Source of the DNA: an uncultured Muribaculaceae bacterium
GTDB taxonomy: Bacteria > Bacteroidota > Bacteroidia > Bacteroidales > Muribaculaceae
NCBI GenBank assembly: GCA_964018905.1
Contig: CAXHRO010000004.1
Location: forward strand, 28,950-92,949
DNA: 64,000 bases
Reading direction: 5' to 3'
This document shows, piece after piece, positions 1 through 8,773 of this stretch (the first letter of the stretch is position 1; each line of letters begins with the position of its first letter). Made by a program: the position numbers and the translations under genes. Under the pieces are notes generated by a model, which was not told where the DNA came from, did no database searches, and saw only the letters and a list, made by a program, of their open reading frames with translations.

Positions 1-1092
1 ATAATATCCCCCGAGGGGCTCAATTACGGCAATCTTCCAAAGGGCTTGCTGTCATTCCACGCCTACAGTGACGGCAGTGTGCGCACACCTGTCGAGGAAC
101 AACTTATGGAAGGAGCTCAGTCGGCGACAGGAGCCGACGGCACTGTCCGACTACATTTCACCGTCTCCGGCAACCACCGCGCTCTCTTCGAGAAGAAGCT
201 TGCCGAAGCGATACCGGCCGTCGAGAAGCGCATGGGGGTCAGGTTTGAGGTGTCGATGTCAGAGCAGAAAGCCTCGACCGATACTGTCGCGGTAAATCCC
301 GACAATACCCTGTTCAGGGAAAACGGAGACCTGGTATTCCGCCCCGGCGGACACGGTGCGCTTATACAAAATCTAAACGACATTGACTCGACCGTAGTCT
401 TCATAAAGAACATTGACAACGTAGTGCCCGACTCGCGCCGCGAACCTACCCTGCGGTACAAACAGGTACTTGCCGGCTACCTTATCGAGCTTCATGATGT
501 CATCGCATCGTATCTCGTTGACCTTGCCACCGGAAATTATGACCGTACGAAGCTCGACAACATGCTCGCGTTTGCCCACGACAAGTTGTCCATAATGAAC
601 GACAAAGCCTCAGCCATGAACGACAGTGAACTTGCCGCTTACCTTACCGGCAAATTCAACCGCCCCCTGCGAGTGTGTGGCATGGTACGCAACGAGGGTG
701 AGCCCGGCGGCGGTCCATATCTCGCCTACAATCCCGACGGCACCGTGTCACCACAGGTACTGGAAAGCACCCAGATCGACCCCGACAATGCCGAGTACGC
801 CGCCATGGTATCGAAGGCGACACACTTCAATCCCGTTGACCTGGTGTGCTATATCAACGATATCAACGGCAAGCCTTACAACCTGCCTCAATATGTCGAT
901 CAGGCAACCGGCTTTATATCAAGCAAGTCACTCCACGGCAAGACACTGCGGGCCCTCGAGCTTCCCGGCCTGTGGAACGGAGCCATGAGCGACTGGACTA
1001 CTGTATTCGTAGAGGTGCCAATCTCAACCTTCAATCCTGTCAAAACCGTTAACGACCTGCTTCGTCCCGTACACCAGGGAGGCAATAATTAG
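1..1092 (+). CDS. DUF4301-like protein, 5' end cut by window edge
   Basis: The frame is open from base 1; the ORF track starts it at an internal TTG at 46. Motifs FRPGGHGALIQNLN, FIKNIDNV and CGMVRNEGEPGGGP recall the DUF4301 / sugar-nucleotidyltransferase-like family. Confidence 0.5.
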   Translation: MISPEGLNYGNLPKGLLSFHAYSDGSVRTPVEEQLMEGAQSATGADGTVRLHFTVSGNHRALFEKKLAEAIPAVEKRMGVRFEVSMSEQKASTDTVAVNPDNTLFRENGDLVFRPGGHGALIQNLNDIDSTVVFIKNIDNVVPDSRREPTLRYKQVLAGYLIELHDVIASYLVDLATGNYDRTKLDNMLAFAHDKLSIMNDKASAMNDSELAAYLTGKFNRPLRVCGMVRNEGEPGGGPYLAYNPDGTVSPQVLESTQIDPDNAEYAAMVSKATHFNPVDLVCYINDINGKPYNLPQYVDQATGFISSKSLHGKTLRALELPGLWNGAMSDWTTVFVEVPISTFNPVKTVNDLLRPVHQGGNN

Positions 1093-1237
1093 AACTTACT
1101 TAAAAATAACACAGCTCGCTATGCTACTTCGATTCAGAGCTAAATCCACCTCAGGATTATCGGCCAAGTAGTATTCTCATTTGTTTTTAAACAAGTTCTT
1201 AGTGTATTGTCGATAGCGCATAAATGATAGTTTATAA

Positions 1238-1888
1238 ATGAAACGACTTGTGATCTTTGATCTTGACGGCACGTTGCTCAATACGATAGCCGACCTCGGG
1301 ATGGCTTGCAACTATGCTCTTGCCCGGGTCGGCTATCCGTGCCATCCGCTCGAGTCATACCCGATGATGGTTGGCAACGGCATCACGCGCCTCATCGAAC
1401 GCGCACTGCCTGCCGAACACCGCGACCAGGCCACCATAGACCTGGCACGCAGACATTTTCTGGACTTTTACGGGCAACACTGCATGGAGCTGACTTGCCC
1501 TTATCCAGGGATCAGCGAACTGCTGTCAGCCCTTACATCCCGCGGCATCATGGTAGCTGTCGCTTCCAATAAATATCAGGAAGCCGTCACTGCGCTCATA
1601 TCTCATTATTTTCCCGAGACCCCCTGGACAGCAGTCGAGGGCCAGCGTGACACACGACCCACCAAGCCAAGCCCCGACATAGTATTCGACATCATGGACA
1701 TCACCGGTGTCGAACCGGCCGATGTGCTTTATGTCGGAGACTCGGGCGTTGATATCGACACGGCGAGAAACGCCGGGGTAGATTGTGCCGGAGTCACATG
1801 GGGATTCAGACCCGTGAGCGAGCTACGCGAACATGGAGCAACACATTTAGCACACAACGCCAGCACGTTACTTGATTTTATAGAATAA
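1238..1888 (+). CDS. HAD-IA family hydrolase (phosphoglycolate phosphatase-like)
   Basis: HAD motif I FDLDGTLLNT, motif II VASNK, motif IV YVGDSGVDIDTA; 216 aa is the typical size. Confidence 0.8.
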   Translation: MKRLVIFDLDGTLLNTIADLGMACNYALARVGYPCHPLESYPMMVGNGITRLIERALPAEHRDQATIDLARRHFLDFYGQHCMELTCPYPGISELLSALTSRGIMVAVASNKYQEAVTALISHYFPETPWTAVEGQRDTRPTKPSPDIVFDIMDITGVEPADVLYVGDSGVDIDTARNAGVDCAGVTWGFRPVSELREHGATHLAHNASTLLDFIE

Positions 1889-1962
1889 ATGCAATCCACA
1901 TGGTGTCACAAAAAGTGATCGTTTGCGTCTTATAAACATAAACAATCCTAAACTTCAACACT

Positions 1963-2829
1963 ATGTTCAAGAAAACGTTCATTCTATTAATGATCTTTGC
2001 GGCTCTTGTCGAAACCACATCTTGCCGCGCTGCAAAGCCGGCCGCTGAGATCGAGGCTCCGGCCGCAAACATCATCACCCGCACCATAAAGACTTCAGGC
2101 CAGTTCAGCGCCGTGAAAGCCAGCTCCATATTCAACGTAGAGATAAAACAGGGGCCGGCCAAGGTCGAGATAACATCATCGCCCGAAGCCATTGACGCCA
2201 CCAAGATTGAAGTTCTCGGCAACATCCTGTCAATAAGTCTGTCAAAACGCTCGTCAAACCGCAATGGTTTCCCGGAGATCAAGGTATGTGTCTCCATGCC
2301 CGACATACGGCTTCTTGACGGTAGCGGTGCCGCCACCTTCTCGATCTCGAGCAAGGTCAATGTAGGTAATCTCAAGATAAAAGGTGCGGGAGCCTGCAAC
2401 TTCAGATTCGACAACATTACATGTACCGACCTCGAGATAGATCTCTCCGGCGCGTCAAATGTTAACATTCCTCGAGTAGACTGCAATGAATGCGAGCTTG
2501 ACATCTCGGGTGGATCATCGGTTGACATCGTGTCGATATTGTGTACACAGCTTAGTGCCGAAGCCTCCGGAGCCGGAGACATCTCTATAAGCGATATTAA
2601 ATGTGACGATATTGAAGTTGAGGCCTCAGGAGGCTCGAAGGCATCGATAAACGGTATCGACGCCACCGATGTCGAATGTGAGGCATCAGGAGCCGCCCAT
2701 ATCTCGGTCGAGGGAAAATGCAACAAAGTAAGCCTGAAGGCAACCGGAGCATCCAAAATCTCGGCAAAGAGACTGCAACGTCACACGATAGTGACCAACA
2801 AGAGTAGCGTAGCCACAATCAAATCATGA
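1963..2829 (+). CDS. Secreted or lipoprotein beta-helix repeat protein (DUF2807 / head GIN domain-like)
   Basis: N-terminal signal peptide ending in Cys (ALVETTSC). Repeated (A/S)SG(A/G)xx(I/V) units occur roughly every 20 aa, typical of putative auto-transporter adhesin head GIN domains. Confidence 0.5.
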   Translation: MFKKTFILLMIFAALVETTSCRAAKPAAEIEAPAANIITRTIKTSGQFSAVKASSIFNVEIKQGPAKVEITSSPEAIDATKIEVLGNILSISLSKRSSNRNGFPEIKVCVSMPDIRLLDGSGAATFSISSKVNVGNLKIKGAGACNFRFDNITCTDLEIDLSGASNVNIPRVDCNECELDISGGSSVDIVSILCTQLSAEASGAGDISISDIKCDDIEVEASGGSKASINGIDATDVECEASGAAHISVEGKCNKVSLKATGASKISAKRLQRHTIVTNKSSVATIKS

Positions 2830-2915
2830 CAATATAACACACACCGTTTTTAAACCTAAACCATCAATTAACCGAAAAAGCTTTACATACTGAAAAGGAT
2901 ATTAAATAATATCCA

Positions 2916-2955
2916 ACGGGACGGACCCAGAGCGTGAGCTCCCAGTCCGTCCCGT
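2916..2955 (+). terminator. Hairpin terminator downstream of 1963-2829
   Basis: An 11-bp perfect stem (ACGGGACGGAC / GTCCGTCCCGT) is followed by CTTATTTC. The loop is long. Confidence 0.45.
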
Positions 2956-3063
2956 CTTATTTCATTACGAATCAATGCCTCACACCAATAAATACACACC
3001 CTGTATGTGCCGGAGAGAGGCTACTTGATTGTTTCTCCAATATGTTTACCGTCGTATCGGTTA

Positions 3064-5103
3064 TTACCAGATTACTACCCGCTCAGACTCCGGCAGGAAC
3101 AACGGCTGTCCCTCGGTGATACCGAAGGCCTCAAAGAATGGGGCTATGTTGCGCAGTGATACGTTCACGCGGTTCTTGCCGAGCGAGTGTACGTCGCTTA
3201 TGGTAAGATTGCGCATTTCCTCGGGACGTATATTATTGGCCCATATGTTGGCGTAATTCATGTAGAAAACCTGCATCGGGTCGTAACCGTCGATCTCGGC
3301 TTCGGGCGACTTGATGTCAACACCTTTCTTCTTCTGAGCATCAAGGAAGGCTGTGCGTGACACGCGCAGGCCTCCCTGGTCGGCGATATTCTCGCCCAGA
3401 GTATAGGAGCCATTGGCGTTAAGGCCGGGAAGGACTTCGACAGCGTCAAACTGGGCTACAAGACCCTTGGACAGTTTCTCGAAAGCCTCGGTGTCCTCGG
3501 GTGTCCACCAGTTGATCATGTTGCCATTGAGATCAAAATTGCGTCCCTGATCGTCAAATCCATGGGTCATCTCGTGGCCGATCACGACACCGATACCGCC
3601 ATAGTTCTCGGCATCGCTTGCCTCGGGATCAAAGAATGGAGCCTGGAGTATACCGGCTGGGAAGACGATCTCATTGGCCAGCGGGTTATAGTAGGCGTTG
3701 ACAGTCTGAGGTGTCATGCCCCACTCGGTGCGGTCGACAGGCTTGCCCCACTTTGCATAGGTCTCGGCCTGGTGCCACATCGAGGCATTGTGCATGTTCT
3801 CGTAGTAGGAGAGTTTGGGGTCAATCTCCATCGACGAGTAATCTTTCCACTTGTCGGGGTATCCGATCTTGACAGTGAAAGCATTAAGTTTCTTGATGGC
3901 GTTGAGCTTGGTATCGTCGCTCATCCAGGTGAGGTTGATGATGTGTTTGCCGAGGGCTGTGCGCAGATTCTCTACCAGATCGAGCATATACTGCTTTGAC
4001 GACTCGGGGAAGTAACGCTCGACATAGAGCTCGCCGATAGCCTCGCCAAGAACACCCTCGGTAGCTCCGAGAGCGCGTTTCCAGCGGGGACGCTGTTCCT
4101 GAGCACCACTCAGAACCTTACTGAACTCGAATGCCGTGTCGGTGAACTTGTCGCTGAGTTTGCCCTGGGCCTGTGCCACATACTTCCATAGGTAGTAGTC
4201 CTTGATCTCACGATCGGTGAGCTCGGCCATGAGTTTATTGGCCTGGGCTACGGTCTTGATGTCGGTGACGATGACGTTCTCGGGGGTCTCGATGCCCATG
4301 GTCTCGATAAAGAAGCGATCCCAGTTGATGTTGGGATACATCTCCTTGAGCTGGGATATCGTGCGTGGATTGTACATAGCGGGTATATCGCGGCTCTCCT
4401 CGCGGGTCTTGGTCGAGTCGGCTATGGCTGTCTCGATCTTCATTACGCTATTGACAATACGGCGGGCGTCCTTCCTGGAGTATCCGGCATTTATCATCTG
4501 CTTCTCGATAAGAGTCTTGTAGGCCTTGCGAACTTTCTTGTTATCCTTGTCATCAAGCAGGTAGTAGTCGCGGTCTCCCATACCTATGCTGCCGCCGCTC
4601 ACATACATGGCGTATACATTGGAGTTGGCAAGATCCTCCATTGGCCCGGCGCCGAAGAATGGGCTCGAATAGTTGGCGTGCATCCATATGAACAGATCCT
4701 CCATGCCCTCGTGGGGAGTATTCTCGATCTTGGCAAGGTCGGCCTTTATTGGTGCGGCCCCCTCGGCGTTGCGACGTACCGAGTCCATGGCCTGGCTGTA
4801 TATGGTCCATACCTTGTGGGCTACGGTACCGGGCTTAGGGTCAGAGGCACCGAGATTGGTGACGATCTCCTTGACGCGGCGCTCGCTCTCGTCGTTAAGG
4901 ACGTTGAACTGGCCGTAACGTGAATACTCGGGGGTAAGGGGATGAGCCTCTTGCCATCCTTTATTGATATGAGTGAAGAAGTCGGTCCCGGCGGGAGTCG
5001 ACTCGTCAAAGTAGGCGGGGTTCAGGCTCTTGAGATGTTCCTGAGCCATGCCTGTAGCTGAAGTCGCTATGGCGCATGCCATTGCCAATACAATTTTTTT
5101 CAT
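3064..5103 (-). CDS. pepO: M13 family zinc metallopeptidase (PepO / endothelin-converting-enzyme-like)
   Basis: HEMTHGFD zinc motif, NAYYNP and GENIADQGG motifs, N-terminal signal peptide. ATG at 5103 (MKKIVLAMA) is preferred over the ORF-track start at 5136. Confidence 0.9.
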   Translation of the reverse strand: MKKIVLAMACAIATSATGMAQEHLKSLNPAYFDESTPAGTDFFTHINKGWQEAHPLTPEYSRYGQFNVLNDESERRVKEIVTNLGASDPKPGTVAHKVWTIYSQAMDSVRRNAEGAAPIKADLAKIENTPHEGMEDLFIWMHANYSSPFFGAGPMEDLANSNVYAMYVSGGSIGMGDRDYYLLDDKDNKKVRKAYKTLIEKQMINAGYSRKDARRIVNSVMKIETAIADSTKTREESRDIPAMYNPRTISQLKEMYPNINWDRFFIETMGIETPENVIVTDIKTVAQANKLMAELTDREIKDYYLWKYVAQAQGKLSDKFTDTAFEFSKVLSGAQEQRPRWKRALGATEGVLGEAIGELYVERYFPESSKQYMLDLVENLRTALGKHIINLTWMSDDTKLNAIKKLNAFTVKIGYPDKWKDYSSMEIDPKLSYYENMHNASMWHQAETYAKWGKPVDRTEWGMTPQTVNAYYNPLANEIVFPAGILQAPFFDPEASDAENYGGIGVVIGHEMTHGFDDQGRNFDLNGNMINWWTPEDTEAFEKLSKGLVAQFDAVEVLPGLNANGSYTLGENIADQGGLRVSRTAFLDAQKKKGVDIKSPEAEIDGYDPMQVFYMNYANIWANNIRPEEMRNLTISDVHSLGKNRVNVSLRNIAPFFEAFGITEGQPLFLPESERVVIW

Positions 5104-5262
5104 TATAAGGTTAGTACTATTAGAATTTTGTTGCAAAGATACGAATAAGTCGGGGGCAACGCCAAATTTATTTGCTCACTGCGGTGTACAGACGTACTAT
5201 TGCGGAACAGCTACATCCTGCCGTCACCTAACACCTGAATAGCATGCACATATTCCTCTAAA

Positions 5263-5312
5263 CTGGAAACAGGAGATAAACATCAATGAATGATGTCTGT
5301 CTCCTGTTCCAG
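5263..5312 (-). terminator. Long imperfect hairpin downstream of 5328-5672
   Basis: CTGGAAACAGGAG...CTCCTGTTCCAG arms with an extended stem. On the minus strand it is followed by TTTAGAGG. Confidence 0.5.
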
Positions 5313-5327
5313 ATTCAGTACTATCTA

Positions 5328-5672
5328 TTATTCAAACATAGATGATTCTCCAGTTAAATCATTAACTGTTTCAATCATATTTACGGCCGACTCGGCAGCA
5401 TTTCCAGCAAAAGTCTCGGCAAAGATGTAGGGGCACAAAATACCGAATACAGCAAGTACAATACCTGCAATTGCCTTAACAACCGGTTGTTTCTTGATCA
5501 GCGCTATAACACCGAAGATGATAGCAAGGATTGCGAGAATCCAGACTAACCACACGAGCATCAGGAACCAGCCACTGAGTAAAGGTGCGATTCCAAGCAC
5601 AGCTGCGATAATGCCACACCACATTGATGCTTTAGCCATTCCCTGTTTGGGATTTACATTCTGTTCTGTCAT
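5328..5672 (-). CDS. Small integral membrane protein (DUF4190-like)
   Basis: 114 aa with three to four hydrophobic helices (WCGIIAAVLGIAPLL, LMLVWLVWILAILAIIFGVIALI, AIAGIVLAVFGILCPYIF). It lies directly downstream of the HTH gene. Confidence 0.5.
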   Translation of the reverse strand: MTEQNVNPKQGMAKASMWCGIIAAVLGIAPLLSGWFLMLVWLVWILAILAIIFGVIALIKKQPVVKAIAGIVLAVFGILCPYIFAETFAGNAAESAVNMIETVNDLTGESSMFE

Positions 5673-5723
5673 AAAATGATAATTTAGTTGGTTAATGTAT
5701 GTAAATTAAAATCAAAGCTAAAT

Positions 5724-6017
5724 TCAATCTCCCCCGACGGGCAGGTAATCGCCATTAATCGGGTCTGCAAGAGCTTGTGAATAAATTTCGAAAAAATCTA
5801 CGTGCAAAACCTTACTCAGCCTGAAAAGCAACATAGTGTCTATACTGTCTCGCCCAAAAATATCATAAATATTACGGCGGTCACAATTGATCTTACGGCT
5901 GAGCCACGTAACCGTACGCTCCTGACGCCGCAATTCAGCCTCAATAATCCTACCGATACTGACGGGATAAGATCGCGATAGAGAAGATTCGATATTATCG
6001 ATTTTATTCTTAACCAT
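5724..6017 (-). CDS. XRE-like helix-turn-helix DNA-binding protein
   Basis: IGRIIEAELRRQERTVTWLSRKINCDRRNIYDIFGR resembles an HTH_3/XRE motif. ATG at 6017 (MVKNKID) is preferred over the upstream alternative start. Confidence 0.5.
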   Translation of the reverse strand: MVKNKIDNIESSLSRSYPVSIGRIIEAELRRQERTVTWLSRKINCDRRNIYDIFGRDSIDTMLLFRLSKVLHVDFFEIYSQALADPINGDYLPVGGD

Positions 6018-6189
6018 TATACCTGTAAAATACACATACCACAGACTTGCCTTACAAGCATGCATTGTACACGCAGTTTAATTAGCCTTGCAATCGGGAT
6101 ACAAGATATAACAGTTAAGAAAGAGTGTAGAGCCGATCCATCATTTTCAATCACCGTAGTGACCGAATTGCCGAGATGATGTAAACACC

Positions 6190-6400
6190 CTATGAGCAAC
6201 ACACGGCTAACTCATTTTGCACTGCAAATTTATACATTTGAACCAACAAAACAACAATACTTGTGTCTAAAATATTTTCACATTGAACCAGAATATGCTT
6301 TATCAGTTTGAGGCATGCCACATCGGTCACCGAGGTGGTCGATGTGGCATTGGCGCCGAAATACATAGGGCACACATTTGTCGTAAAAATAGAATGGCAA
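6190..6400 (-). pseudogene. Degraded fragment homologous to the AlkD-like gene at 11148-11687
   Basis: The translation PMYFGAN..ATSTTSVTDVACLKLIKH matches PMLYPAERL..APTTEVIDIACLKLIKH of the intact gene. About 50 nt (6296-6345 vs 11364-11413) align at roughly 80 percent identity by eye. There is an internal deletion and no intact ORF. Confidence 0.6.
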
Positions 6401-6470
6401 CAACCTACCTAAAAAATAATGAATTTTAAATAATTTTATATAAATTACTTATTTATGTCAAAAAGTGTGG

Positions 6471-6478
6471 TATCTTTG
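6471..6478 (+). promoter_or_regulatory. Bacteroidota -7 promoter box TATCTTTG
   Basis: Exact match to TAnnTTTG, about 77 nt upstream of the ATG at 6555. Confidence 0.4.
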
Positions 6479-6554
6479 CCGATGTACTTTTTGTACAATT
6501 CACAAATGGTATTCAAAATATGTCGTTTGAGAATACCCCCCGTTTATAAGCCTA

Positions 6555-7859
6555 ATGTCCGTGCCGCCCCAGACGGATAAGGATACTGATAATAATGATG
6601 ATGATATTGAAGAGTTTTATCCTGAGGAACCTACTTATTATGAAATACTCGGATATGATACACTTGTACCAAATCCCAATTTTGCAAAACTTTTAAATGT
6701 CGAGGGTGAGCTTGAAGTCGATTCGGAGATCATAAAAGTTACTTCTGAGGGCACTTATGTGTTTGATGTAGCATATGAGGAAGAGTTTAGAGAATTTTAT
6801 GCAGATGAAAACAAAAGCTTGGGTACACCCATTGACAGTATTCGAAATTTAATAAATGAACATATCACACTTTATAGGACATTTGAAGAAAAGCCCGATG
6901 ACTATTCTATCATTTCAAACGGTGATGAAACTGAATATCCTAACTCTTATTTTGGAGATAGTGATGATGAGGATAGTGGTGCCGAAGATGATAAACCGAC
7001 GTCAACGACACCGTCTATAGGTAAGGCGAACAAACCCGATTTTGATTCTTTTGCAATTTTTAATACTGAAAGAACATCTGGTTTTGGTAAGTTTATACAA
7101 AAACTTATTGGGTCAACGAAGTCACATACGGTGAAATTTAGTAAAAAACGTAGAATGCGAGGTTCGTTTTATAATTATAATTATGGAGTATATGCTGAGA
7201 TTGGTGTCAAGGGTTGGACTGATAAGAAAAATTGGATAGGTTGGAGTAAAACTCCCGCCGATGAACTTAGGGTAGGATGGAAAAACGTAGTTTTGCATTG
7301 CACTTATCCGGTGGATTTACGTAATAAAATAAATAATATTAAAAGCTTTGCATACGTGCCTCCTCAATATACATATATTAACGGTAGAGTGTACAATGTT
7401 GCTACTCTAATTATCCCAGATTATACACCTGATTTGAAAGAGAAATTTATCAATAAAGGACTCAGTGCGGCATGTGAATACATAATAAGTAAGAATAATG
7501 GTGTTCCCCCTGCTGGCCTTAAGAAAACAGATGCTATTGTGATTGCGTCAAAGAATGACATGGATTTTATTGTTGGGCAAGAAGATGTTGTAAAATATGA
7601 TACGAAATATTATTGCCATGTGTTTAATAAGGAATGGATGGAATTTACAATCGGATGGAATAATCATAATGGGTTCTTTTTAGGATCGGGCTCATTGAAT
7701 CAAAATTCGGTATCTGAAATAGGTCCATGGGTGAAGAATGTTATTGATTTATTTAATAATAAGAAAGTAACGCTAAAAAGCGGTGAAGTTTATGTGTGCG
7801 CGCGTTTTGGTGATGTATGGAAGGGAATGAAAATAATTAAATATGAAAAGAAACAATAA
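6555..7859 (+). CDS. Hypothetical protein with an acidic N-terminal third (cassette gene X, copy 1)
   Basis: 434-aa ORF in an AT-rich region. There is an in-frame stop 27 nt upstream and no signal peptide. The D/E-rich N-terminus includes TDKDTDNNDDDIEEFYPEE and DSDDEDSGAEDD. It overlaps the next gene by 17 nt. No family recognised. Confidence 0.6.
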   Translation: MSVPPQTDKDTDNNDDDIEEFYPEEPTYYEILGYDTLVPNPNFAKLLNVEGELEVDSEIIKVTSEGTYVFDVAYEEEFREFYADENKSLGTPIDSIRNLINEHITLYRTFEEKPDDYSIISNGDETEYPNSYFGDSDDEDSGAEDDKPTSTTPSIGKANKPDFDSFAIFNTERTSGFGKFIQKLIGSTKSHTVKFSKKRRMRGSFYNYNYGVYAEIGVKGWTDKKNWIGWSKTPADELRVGWKNVVLHCTYPVDLRNKINNIKSFAYVPPQYTYINGRVYNVATLIIPDYTPDLKEKFINKGLSAACEYIISKNNGVPPAGLKKTDAIVIASKNDMDFIVGQEDVVKYDTKYYCHVFNKEWMEFTIGWNNHNGFFLGSGSLNQNSVSEIGPWVKNVIDLFNNKKVTLKSGEVYVCARFGDVWKGMKIIKYEKKQ

Positions 7860-8592
7860 TATTTCAAGTCTTCATGCAAGGTGTATCAGATACTTATTAG
7901 GCTGTCATGGGCTGGTTAGATCTGTTGTCGTTATTCTATTCTTTTGCTGTGTAGTATCCAAGGCTTTATGTCAGATTGATAATTTTGAAAATTCTAAATT
8001 CGTTACCACGCTTTATGGTGGTTTATACACTGGAGGTGAGGAGGCATGGTCGCTTGAACCGTCAGTGGACTGGAACCTTAACAGATACGTCGGAGTAGGA
8101 TTAGGACTTGAGGTTACGAAACAGATTTTTGACCACTGTGTAGCCACGACTATTAACAACCTGGAGGCTAAGGTATGGGATAGTGAGCGCGAGGTGCTTT
8201 GGATCTTGTTTAAACCGCATATTGTTGTAAGAAGTCCATATGTTTGGCTTAATAAAAATAATGAAGTTAAGTTGTGGATCCAGACTGAACCCGGTTTGAG
8301 TATGGGTGTGCCCGAACATAATTCAATCACTTTTGGTGCTGGAGGTTTTGGGAGCGTTTATCAGGAGGAACATAAGTTTAGAAACAAGGGGCTGAGATGG
8401 TTCTATTGGAACTCTCGGTTTTCGGCTAATATAATGTTTGACTGCATTATCATAGGAGCCGGATATGCTGTTTCTAATTTTGATTACTACTCGTGCCGAC
8501 GCAATGTAACATTGCCGAGCGGTGATAAATATCCCGTCCCGCGCAAGCGATTGGCCCAGATGGCATTTCTGTCGATAGGCTGTTGCTTTTAG
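7843..8592 (+). CDS. Predicted small outer-membrane beta-barrel protein (cassette gene O, copy 1)
   Basis: N-terminal hydrophobic signal-like segment (VVVILFFCCVVSKALC). Alternating hydrophobic and aromatic strands, Gly-rich turns, and a C-terminal Phe (SIGCCF). No family recognised. Confidence 0.55.
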   Translation: MKRNNNISSLHARCIRYLLGCHGLVRSVVVILFFCCVVSKALCQIDNFENSKFVTTLYGGLYTGGEEAWSLEPSVDWNLNRYVGVGLGLEVTKQIFDHCVATTINNLEAKVWDSEREVLWILFKPHIVVRSPYVWLNKNNEVKLWIQTEPGLSMGVPEHNSITFGAGGFGSVYQEEHKFRNKGLRWFYWNSRFSANIMFDCIIIGAGYAVSNFDYYSCRRNVTLPSGDKYPVPRKRLAQMAFLSIGCCF

Positions 8593-8716
8593 AAGGATGA
8601 ATATGGGTGCGTAATTAAATTTATTTAAATTATATTTCTATGTATGACTTAAAAAATAAACACCTGATTTCACTGGTTTTTATCGTATAACGATTTTGTC
8701 TTGATCTGATGAGATT

Positions 8717-8767
8717 GGTGACGTTTGGAAGGGAATGAAAATTGTTAAATACACTCCTCAAAACTAA
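8717..8767 (+). pseudogene. Remnant of the last 16 codons of a second copy of cassette gene X
   Basis: GDVWKGMKIVKYTPQN* matches GDVWKGMKIIKYEKKQ* at 7810-7859. The nucleotide match over about 40 nt is roughly 85 percent by eye. No upstream ORF remains. Confidence 0.7.
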
Positions 8768-8773
8768 GTTGGA

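Noticed and set aside
1878-2756. 292-aa minus-strand ORF antisense to the DUF2807-like gene
   Set aside because: It lies fully within the opposite-strand gene, which has a signal peptide and regular repeat structure. The antisense translation is Ser/Pro/Ala-rich with no recognisable features.
2896-2914. Small palindrome GGATATTA-AA-TAATATCC downstream of the DUF2807-like gene
   Set aside because: It is a short AT-rich palindrome in a 3' region next to a better terminator hairpin, and is likely fortuitous or part of the terminator context.
6455-6580. Short upstream ORF (MSKSVVSLPMYFLYNSQMVFKICRLRIPP...) and a C6 run at 6536-6541. These were considered as a frameshifted signal peptide or phase-variable start for the 434-aa protein.
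   Set aside because: The peptide is not signal-peptide-like, the -7 box lies inside it, and C6 is short for slipped-strand switching. An in-frame TGA at 6528-6530 closes the 434-aa frame upstream.
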